Source: the human T2T-CHM13v2.0 reference genome, Homo sapiens. Taken from it: 64,000 bases of DNA. The position numbers and the translations under genes are program-made. Location: the NCBI RefSeq assembly GCF_009914755.1, contig NC_060926.1; one strand, written 5' to 3'. The notes beneath the pieces were generated by a model that saw only the letters and a list, made by a program, of their open reading frames with translations, ran no database searches and had not been told where the DNA came from. This document shows, in pieces, positions 50,800-64,000 of this stretch (within the stretch, counting starts at the first letter, position 1; the number at the start of each line of letters is the position of its first letter).

Positions 50800-51570
50800 T
50801 CTCTACGCGACCACGAGCTCCTTGAGACAAGGGGTTGAGCCTGCTCCGGCTCATCCCGAGAGCCGGCGCAGCGACTGGCGCAACGAAAGGGAAATGAACG
50901 AATGAATGAACGAACGAAAGTGGAGTGGTGGAGAGGACCACAGAAGACGCGGTCATCCAGCGCGTGAACCTTCACCACTGCTGGGCTGTGGACCCTCACT
51001 TCCGCCGCCAGGAAGTTTCGGGGTCGCCCACCTTCCCTCCCAGGCTGCTCCGCGTCGGCGGCGCCCCGCGCGATTGGCTGCGCCGCCCCCACGTGACGCC
51101 GGGGTGGCGGCGGCGGTTGCCCGGGTGACGGCTGCGGAGGTGGCGGCCGGGCTGGGATAGCGCGAGTGTCCGCGGCCGAGCAGCAGGTAAGCGCGTCCCC
51201 GGATGCAGCCGGGCCACCCTCCGCCCGCCGTCCTGGTGCTGGGAGGAGCAGCGGTGCGTTTGGAGGGCCGAGGCTCTGCGGACCTCTTGTTCCGAGGAAA
51301 AACCCGACGCGCCCGCTCCGCCGCCGCCGGATGCTACCACTTCTCGCCTGCGGTCCAGGGATCTTTCTTCGGCAAGGGCCGAGGCGGCCGCCTGGACATC
51401 CCAAGAAAGGACAGGCCCAGCTGCTTCCCGCAAGTAGTCCCTGATCTTTGCTGCAGTGGGCCATACTTGGAGGGGGTCCCTCAAGCCATCCAGCTGGTGG
51501 TGGCGGCGCGAGCGGGTTATCCGGGATTTAGATCCCCCTGATAATCTCCATCTGCTAGCCGCGTTCCTGA
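50800..51570. promoter_or_regulatory. CpG-island promoter of ARMC9
   Basis: Dense CpG/GC; ETS motifs ACTTCCG 50998-51004 and CAGGAAGT 51009-51016, reverse CCAAT (ATTGG 51073-51077), E-box CACGTGAC 51090-51097, X-box-like GTTGCCCGGGTGAC 51116-51129, followed by a strong splice donor. Confidence 0.92.
51110..51186 (+). other. ARMC9: ARMC9 non-coding exon 1 (5' boundary approximate)
   Basis: Consensus donor CAG|gtaagc at 51186/51187 within the CpG island; no ATG in the exon. Confidence 0.8.
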
Positions 51571-51769
51571 GGCACCCAGTTGAAGTCCAGACTTCACCTA
51601 ATCTTAGGAAAAACAGGATGCGTGCTATGCAGATTCGGCTTCCATACAAATCCCATAATCCCACCCGTTTGTGGGCCCTAAATCTTTCTTATATAGGAAT
51701 TCAAAAGCTGCCGCTGCAATCCCCAAATGTAACTGGAAAAGTTTTTCTTAGTTTCCGCATAAAGGAGAG

Positions 51770-51949
51770 CACTGGTTCTCAAACTTGAGAGTGTGTAAAA
51801 GTCACTCAGGGAGCTTGTTTAAAAGGCAGATTTCTGGGCATGGTGCCTGCCACGGTGTTCAGTAAGACCAGGGTGGAGGCAGGAATTTTCATTTGCACAA
51901 GCGTGCCAGCTGATTCTGATTTAGGTGGTCCAGACTTTGGGAAATACTG
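51770..51949. mobile_element. MER5A-like MITE, followed by a MIR remnant (~51950-52145)
   Basis: cactggttctcaaactt...gactttgggaaatactg termini. Confidence 0.75.
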
Positions 51950-52156
51950 TGTAGTGGTTCTTTTCAGCCGCTTAGTCACTTACTGTGGCTGTTGGGAGTG
52001 TGTCAGACTTCCTGGGCCTCAAATTGCCTCATCTGGAATGGGAAAATATAAACTATATTCACCTGTCAGGTTTACTATGAAGGTTAAATGTAAAACATTT
52101 TGCACATTGCCTGGCATACCATATACCTTCAATAAATGATACCTATTATGATATAA

Positions 52157-52492
<336 letters not shown>

Positions 52493-52887
52493 TAATTTCT
52501 AAGAATGTTGAGTAATAGGATACCCAGCAGCACTCACATTCAATGACAGTTGATCACAGCAGATACTATTTAAACGGCTTAGGGAGGTCTACTCTAAGGA
52601 GGTGATGTTTATTAGGCACAGTGGTTAACCAGGTGAAGAGAGGGAAGAGTGTTCTAGGCGGAGAGAGTAATATGCGCAAAGGCCTTGAGGTTGGCCTCAA
52701 GGTTTCAAATTCTCAGAAACTCACTTTTCCCGTTCCAGGGCCTTTAAAATGACATCCCCTCAGCTCCGGCTTCATTTATTCATTATATGCCTTGAGTACC
52801 TTTCTTGCTTACTAGACACTCTGTTAGGTTCTGGGGATATGAAGTTGAAATACAGCTCCCTGTCTTTGTGAACAGGGTTATAAGAAG

Positions 52888-53399
<512 letters not shown>

Positions 53400-54391
53400 T
53401 TAAATCTGGCTTGGCTTAGAATCATGAGTCATGTTTGCCTGGGGGGGCAGAGCATACATCAACCACAGGCTTAGGATCCTGGAAGAGCTTGTTGCATGGG
53501 GGAATGGCCAGGAGTTCGCTGTTGGCAGGGTCCAGTGTGGGATTGGTGGAAGGGAGCAAGGAGAGGGATCAGGTAGGGGGAGGTGGATGGATTGGAGGCA
53601 TGGTCCAGAAAAAGGCTGGAGAGGTGGGTGTCCCCCAGGAGCAGCTGCCTTTCTTCTCTCCCCTTTTGCATCTGGCAGGGCTGGTGTGGTGCATGGGGAG
53701 GTGTCCTCCCTGCTCCTCATTACTGCTTCCAGATCACTACCCACTCCTTCACAAACCCCAGCTCCTTTGAAGCACATGGCAGATGCCATACCCCTTGCCA
53801 GCCCTCCCTGAGGTAGCCACTTCCCAGGGCAAGTCTCTCCAGTTCCCTTGGAGCCTCCAGCACCCGGCTGGCTGCCTATCCCTTCATCTCTTTTACTTCA
53901 CTTTTGGGGGTTTCCACATCCTGGCCCCTCCAGTTTCTTCATCCTCCTTACTTGCAGGCGTCTCTTTCCTCCATCCTCCTCATCTGCCCACTCCCGTGGT
54001 CGGGAGCTTTTTAGTACTAGTCACCTTCAAAGTCTTGCCTTCAGGCATCTGTCCCACTCTCTGCCCACTCCTTTCCATCTTTCACACTCACTGGAATGTG
54101 CCTCCTTCAGCAGGTCTCAGACCCCACTGCTTCCTCACTGCTCTGCAGCCGCCTTATGTGTGTTCCCCTCCCCCATTCTTAACCTGATTAGTTCCAGTGT
54201 CCCATCGTGGTTGTACTGTTTTCCCTTTCCTCTCTCTTCTAGAAGAACCTCTCACATTGGTTAACCTAACTCAGATAGCTGAAAGTGCCTGGAGAAGAGC
54301 TGCAAAACTGTGCAGACTGATTCCATTTTAGATTCAAGTGCAGAGATCTTAAATGGACTATAATACCAGCAACCCTGCCATGTTGCTGTAG

Positions 54392-55110
<719 letters not shown>

Positions 55111-55218
55111 TGTTTCACTTCTAATCACTAAATCTGTGTCTTTGCTCAGCACCCATATTCTCTGCTATCCCTCTGAATGCCGTTCCTGCTTCTCCCTTAA
55201 ACTCCAGGCTCATATATC

Positions 55219-55659
55219 TGTAAGAATTAAAGAAAGAGGAGAGAAACACGAAGGGTGACTTGACAGTCAACAGGTTTGTTTCCTGGGTAACGGCCAAACT
55301 TCACCCTCTTACAATGGGCCTCAGTATAACAGTGGGCCTTAATAAGGACATTCTGTTCCCTTCAGGTGCACTAAGGGAAGCTAAAAGCAGACTTGGGGGG
55401 TATGCCTGCAGCTGCAGAAAGTTGTATAGGAACAGACACACAACTCTCCCTCCCAGATAAGCACAACAGAGAGACACAGAAACAGTTCAAGCCTTTGATA
55501 AACTCTCCCACCCTGAATCCTTAAAAACTCTTAGTCTGTAGGAGAGTGTGGCTCTGACCTAACTCGGTCGGAAGTCCCTCCCAGGTTTGAAATAAACCTG
55601 TTGACTGTCGAGCCACCCTTCGTGTTTCTCTCCTCTCTCCTCTTTCTTTGGTTCTTACA
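55219..55659 (+). mobile_element. ERV1-type solo LTR derivative (LTR19-like from memory) with inverted termini
   Basis: TG...CA ends, AATAAA at 55591, terminal inverted repeats of 64 and 71 bp; interrupts an L2 remnant. Confidence 0.8.
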
Positions 55660-56040
55660 ATACCCACTGACCATTTCGGAACCTCCACTGGAATGTCTAA
55701 CAGGCAGCTCAGACTTATAGCCAAAACAGAGCTCTTGGTTTGACCTCAAAACAGTCCTTCCCCAGGTTTTCGTTGACTCAGCAAATCACATACTCTTCGG
55801 CCAGCTGCTCAGATCCCAGGGTTCTTCCTTCCCTTCTTCCCCTCATGTCCCACAACTAACTGGTCTGCAGATTGTGCCTCTTCTGCCTTTTCCATCTGGA
55901 CTCACAGCGCTCATGGCCCCTCTTGCTTATCCAAATGATGCTCATGGCTGGCGTGGCCTGAGCAGTACTCATCTCCCTCTTCCCACTCCCCTCCAGTCTT
56001 CTCTGTAGAGCAGGCAACATGCATATTAAAAAATGGACAT
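55660..56040 (+). mobile_element. L2 remnant continuing from ~55150-55218
   Basis: ctccaggctcatatatc...ctccactggaatgtctaacaggcagctcagactt...ccaaaacagagctcttg resembles L2. Confidence 0.7.
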
Positions 56041-56044
56041 CAGC

Positions 56045-56686
<642 letters not shown>

Positions 56687-57574
56687 GGACATCAGTGGTG
56701 TCAGTCCCCTCCTCCATACTCTCTCTGAGCCTCCTGTTACTGTCAGCCTAATGTCCAAGCCACTTACCAGCTCTGTAAGGCCCACCTGACCTGGCCCCGG
56801 CCCCCCATTGCCTGCTGCTGTCTGCCTCACCCCTAGCTACATCCCAATACCCCAAGACTGCAGAGCTCTTCAGCCTGAGGCCTGTGCACTAACAAAGCCA
56901 TCTTCCCCAGATCCAGGTGCTCAATCTTTGCTGAAATGTCACATTCCCAGTGAGGCCATCAACCACTCTATCTAAAATAACCCCATACCCGTCTCCTTCA
57001 GGTTCTGTCCCTTTCCTTGCGCTGTTTTCTTCATGTCTGGAATCAATTTCCACTCCGTCCATGTTTTTGAGCCTGTACTGTGTGCCAGGCACTGGTCTAG
57101 GCACAGGGGAACACCTGTCAGGTGCTGTTGAGAAAAATCAAGCAGTACAAAGGGCTGAGAAGTGATGGGCCGACCTCTTAGAAAGGGTGGTCAGGGCAAG
57201 ACTCTCTGAGGAGGTGACAGTTAGGCAGAGACCTGAATGAGACGTATCTGAAGGAAGGGCAGTGAGCCAGAGTTCACGAGGGCAGGCGTGTGCTTTGGGT
57301 GTTCAGTGGGTGTCCACAGGAACCACACAGTGGCCAGTGTGGCTCAGGTTTACAGAACAAATGGGAGTGTGTCAGAGGCCAAGTTGTCTAGGGCTTTGGG
57401 AGTTGAGCCTAAGGAGCCTGGCCTTCATCTGGAGGGCGCTGGAACCACAGGAGGGTCCCAAGCAGGAGGGGAATGCTCACTTGTTAAAAGTGTAGAAATT
57501 GGATTGAAGTGGAGAGAAAGGAGGTGGGGAGGCAGTGGCAGAAAAATGTAAGGTTACAGACTCAGAAGAGATCT

Positions 57575-57868
57575 GACTGAGTGTGGTGGCTCACGCCTAT
57601 AATCCCAGCATTTTGGGAGGCCAAGGCGGGAGGATTGCATTACCCAGGAGTTTGGCAGCTTAGTAAGACCCTGTCTCCCTGTCTCTACTTAAAAAAAAAA
57701 AAAAAAAAATTACCTGGGTATGGTGGCATGCACCTATAGTTCTAGCCACTGGGGAGGCTGAGGAGGGAGGATCCCTTGAACCCAGGAGTTTTAGCTTGCA
57801 GTGAGCTATGATTGCACCATTGCACTCCATCCTGGGCAACGGAGTGAGATCCCATCTCAAAAAAAAAA
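57575..57868 (+). mobile_element. Alu (AluJ-like)
   Basis: Diverged dimer. Confidence 0.9.
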
Positions 57869-58120
57869 TTCGATGAGTTCTGACACATTCTGAATTTTAT
57901 AGATGAAGAAAGGCTCTGCACTTCAGTGAGTTGTCTCAGATCAGGTGCCAGTGAATGGCATGGTTAACATTAGAGCCCAGACCTTTTCATTCCTCTGGGG
58001 TTACGGGCAACTGCTTTGGGCTGAGCCTGGGGTGTGGGCCATGGGGAATGACTGCTTTGGGTACACCTTGAGGGAGGGCTAGTAGAAAGAGTAGGAAGAG
58101 TTTCTTTTGACTTTAGCCAT

Positions 58121-58620
58121 TGTATTTCCTAGTGCCGCTGAACAAATGACCATAAACTGAGTGGTGTCAAGCAACAAAGATTTAATATCTTCTAGTTCTG
58201 GAGGTCAGAAGTCTGAAATGGCTTTCACTGAGCTGAAGTCAAGGTGTCTGCAGTGCTGGATCATTTCTGGATGCAGTGGGAGGATCTATTCCTTGCCTTA
58301 TGCAGTTTTTAGAGGCTCCTTACCCTCCTTGTCTTATGCCACTTTATCCCCTTTAAAGCCTGCAGTGGCTGTTGAGTCTTTCTCACATCTCATCATGCTG
58401 GCACTGACCCTCTTGCCTCCGTCTGCCCCCCTCCCTCTGCTGTGACTGCCTTGGGCCCACCTGGGTAATCCAGGATCATCCCCCAATTTAAAGGTCAGCT
58501 GATGAGCAACCTTAATTCCATCTGCACCTTAATTCCCCCTTGCCGTGTAACCTCACGTATTCACAGGTTCTGGGGATTGGCGCATGGATGTCTTTGGGGG
58601 CCATTATTCTGCTCACCACA
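58121..58620 (-). mobile_element. MLT1-type MaLR LTR
   Basis: agttctggaggtcagaagtctgaaat...gggggccattattctgctcaccaca. Confidence 0.85.
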
Positions 58621-58727
58621 ACCACCTTTTTGTAGTTTCATAGGTGGTTGAAATGAAAGCTGTTGTCTTGTATTTTTGCCTTCTAGAGATTTTTGCTGTG
58701 AGAATTAATTACCAGTAACAGTTCAAT

Positions 58728-58778
58728 ATGGGGGACATTCTGGCTCATGAATCTGAATTACTTGGACTAGTGAAAGAG
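58728..58778 (+). CDS. ARMC9: ARMC9 first coding segment (exon 2 starts at 58687 with 41 nt of UTR)
   Basis: Acceptor tttttgccttctag|; in-frame TAA 12 nt upstream of a good Kozak aatATGG; MGDILAHESELLGLVKE; donor GAG|gtaggt. Confidence 0.93.
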
Positions 58779-59489
58779 GTAGGTATATTATACAAAGCAG
58801 AGGTCACAGAGAAACAGATCTTGAAAACTTGTGTTTTAAAATGCAACAAACTATTTAGTGCCTTGTAATGTTTCTTCTATTGTTATGTTGGAGCTATTTT
58901 TCTATTATATAATATTCCATGTATTTACATTTTGGTTTTATAACTAAACAAATCTTAAAGCCACTTAAAAAGTCCCTTGAAAGAAAATTATAAAAGCAAT
59001 ACACGTCCACGGTAAAAGATTCAAGCACTACAGAAGTATAAAAAGGAAATTTCCCTCCCAGACTTTTTTCTATGTATAGTAAAAATATATTCACATGCCT
59101 GTAGTTTGTTTTACAGAATGGGATGATACATTGTTCTGTAGCTTGCTTTTTATCTGCCAACAATAATATAGCATGAACATCTGCCTATGATCGGCCCTAG
59201 ACATTTGAATGCCATAGAGTATTTCATTGAGTGGCTGCATCATAATTTTTTTAACTCATTGTCTGGTAATGGCCTAGGTTTCCTACGCTAAAAGCTTTGA
59301 CAAGTAGGGCCCAGGCCTTAAACTTTCTGGTGCTAAAGAAATGGTTCGCGCTTGCTGCTGCTTAACTGTGTGAGTAACCACCTGCAGGTTGCGAGAGCCA
59401 CGGGCCTGGAGCAGGGATGAGGCACCCACCGTGCAACTGCAGATTTGGAATTTGGTGGTGTGATGGCGAATATATTCTTTTTTAAAAAA

Positions 59490-60262
<773 letters not shown>

Positions 60263-60598
60263 GGTAGTTCTATTTTTATTTTTTTGAGGAACCTCCATAC
60301 AGTTTTCTATAATGGCCGTACCAATTTACAGTCTCACCAAGAGTGCACAAGTGTTTCCTTTTCTCCACATCCTTGCCAAGACTTTTTATCTTTCGTCTTT
60401 TTTGTAATAGCCATTCTGACAGGTGTGAGGTAATTAGGTCTCTGTGGTTTTGATTTGCATTTCTCTGATTGTTAGTGATGTTAAGCACCTTTTCATGTAT
60501 CTGTTGGTCTTTTTAATGTCTTCTTTGGATAAATATCTATTCAGATCCTTTGGCTGTTTTTTAATTGGATTATTTGTTTGTTTTGCTGTTGAATTGAA
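60263..60598 (-). mobile_element. L1 ORF2 3'-end remnant
   Basis: ttgaggaacctccatacagttttc...tggttttgatttgcatttctctgat, typical antisense L1. Confidence 0.88.
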
Positions 60599-60615
60599 TT
60601 ATTTATTTTTTATAG

Positions 60616-60816
<201 letters not shown>

Positions 60817-61277
60817 TAGTGCTAGAATAGTTTTTGAGCACTTGCTCAGAGTTACTTTAGATGGCACAAGTGTTTATAGATGAACTAATAATGTCATTTT
60901 AAATCTCTGTACCCTCCCCAGGAAATGTGTGGCCATATAAGATCTTTCACAAACATTTCTTGGGAAGAAGGAAAAGAAGAAACCATGCAGTGTTTAGGAA
61001 CTGAGACAATTGTAGCCTTCCTCCTGAGGAGTTTCAGGTTATTAATTCTAGGCACTGGGGATCCAGCAGTGAACAAACAAAATCCAGCCCCTTGCCAGCA
61101 CAGCATTTGCATTCTAGCTTGGGGAGGTTGGAGGGAACAGGGAGCAAGAGTGAGACTGACAAGGCGGGTCTGTGAAAGGAAGTCTGAATAGCTCTGTGAA
61201 TACCAGTGGGCTGCAGGGGCACAGAGGTTATACAGACCTCAACTCTCAGGGTTAGAAGGGACCTTAAAAATCCTTGA

Positions 61278-61880
61278 CTAGGCATGGTGGCTGAATCCTG
61301 TAATCCCAGCACTTTGGGAGGCTGAGGCAGGAGGACCGCATAAACCCAGGAGTTCAAGACCAGCCTGTGCAACACAGTAGGACCTCGTTTCTTTTTCTTT
61401 TTTTTTGAGATGGAGTCTCTCGCTCTGTCGCCCAGGCTGGAGTGCGGTGGTACGATCTCGGCTCATCACCACCTCTGCCTCCAGGATTCAAGCGATTCTC
61501 CTGCCTCACCCTCCCTAGTAGCTAGGATTACAGGCACGTGCTACTGCGTCTGGCTAATTTTTGTATTTTTAGTAGAGACGGGGTTTCACTACATTGGCCA
61601 GGCTAGTCTTGAACTCCTGACCTCAAGTGATCCGCCCGCCTTGGCCTCCCAAAAGTGCTGAGGTTACAGATGTGAGCCACCATGCCCAGCCAGAACCTCG
61701 TTTCTATAAAAAATAAAAAATTGGCCGAGCATGGTGGCATGCACCTGTAGTCCCAGCTACTTAGGTGGCTGAGGTAGGAGGATCACTTGAGCCTGGGAAA
61801 TCAAGGCTGCATTGAGCCATGATCATACTGCTGCACTCCAGCTGTAGTGACAGAGTGAGACCCTGTCTCCAAAAAAATTA
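61278..61880. mobile_element. Sense AluJ-like element interrupted by an antisense Alu (~61388-61692)
   Basis: TSD acctcgtttct at 61382-61392 and 61695-61705. Confidence 0.92.
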
Positions 61881-61994
61881 AAAAGTCATTATTTTAACCA
61901 TTATTTGATGTCTAAATCTCATTTGTAATATGCCAGGTAAGTAATCAGTTCACCTAGAATATTTCCATTGACTAGAGACTGTACCATTTCCTGA

Positions 61995-62472
<478 letters not shown>

Positions 62473-63234
62473 TTATTATTTTAACAGATTTTTAAATTTT
62501 AACATACCTACTTCCAGAAATAATTTTAGGCTTGGCTTGCAAGCCCCTTGAGTGGCTGGAGTTCAAGTGGTATTCACTGCTGGTTTTCTCCTAGTCCTTG
62601 ACTCCCCAGTGGCCTGGCATGGGCGCTGTTGAGAGAGGGGCACTTTTGAAGTGGCCCGTGGAGCTCAAGGCAGGGCTGAACCCTCTGCCTGCTCCGCTTC
62701 AGGCCTCTGGCCCCTGGATGCTGAGCTGCTGCTGCTTCCTGTCAACACAGACTCTTCTGTGGATGCTACAGCAGCCAGACCTCCCTGGCACCCCCCACAC
62801 CTAGAACGATATGTTCAGAACATAAAAGAATATAGTCATTAGTAGAGGTGAAAACAGGTTCTTAGAGTGAAGTGTGTTCCTCAGGAAATCAGCTTCACTC
62901 CCCAGCACCTGGCTTCCCTGGTTCTTTCTGGATGAAGAAAGACCTTTACCCTACACGTTGGAAGTATAGGTGAGCATCTCTTAATTAAAGCTACCATTTG
63001 AGAGGAATATAGCAAATCCTCAATACCTAACTAGCAGAACAGTGAGACTCTTTTGTGAAGTTCACACATGACCAGATGATGTGATGATACAGGGTAAGGC
63101 CAACAGGCCCTGTGCCTTGAAGCTTCTTTGCATATCGGTCCCTCCAGAGGTGGCTGCTGTACACTTTCCGCAACTGGTTTGCCATCGCATTTCAGCTCCA
63201 GCTGCATCTGAGAACACTCAAATGTCTCTTTAGG

Positions 63235-64000
<766 letters not shown>

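Noticed and set aside
50682-51664. 260-aa and 222-aa minus-strand ORFs over the ARMC9 promoter
   Set aside because: Stop-codon depletion in a CpG island; low-complexity products
60276-60488. 70-aa minus-strand ORF
   Set aside because: Off-frame translation of a decayed L1 ORF2 end

Overview
Mammalian (primate) genomic DNA, Alu-dense; the coding exons match my recollection of human PSMD1 and ARMC9 (2q37.1). Bases 1-25.3 kb hold the 3' end of PSMD1 (26S proteasome subunit Rpn2, + strand): six coding exons that splice in frame to ...EPFEYIDD*, a 3'UTR intron 9 nt after the stop, and a last exon with two AATAAA signals. About 25.3-50.8 kb is repeat-rich intergenic DNA that becomes GC-rich and contains an orphan CpG island near 43 kb. 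From about 50.8 kb is the 5' end of ARMC9 (+ strand): CpG-island promoter with ETS, CCAAT, E-box and RFX X-box-like motifs, a non-coding exon 1 and the first two coding exons (LisH region). Nearly all entries in the ORF track are Alu/L1 read-through or GC-rich chance frames. I found no evidence of a new protein-coding system. The most unusual structures are (1) a 441-bp ERV-LTR derivative in ARMC9 intron 1 whose two ends are inverted copies of the same LTR 3' end, flanked by an apparent 5-bp target-site duplication; (2) a ~52-nt poly(A)-tailed, TSD-flanked mini-retroposon in a PSMD1 intron; (3) a cluster of palindromes/hairpins at 14.6-14.95 kb; and (4) antisense exon-like units inside PSMD1. 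Exon numbers and repeat subfamily names are from memory, repeat boundaries are approximate, and no database search was run.
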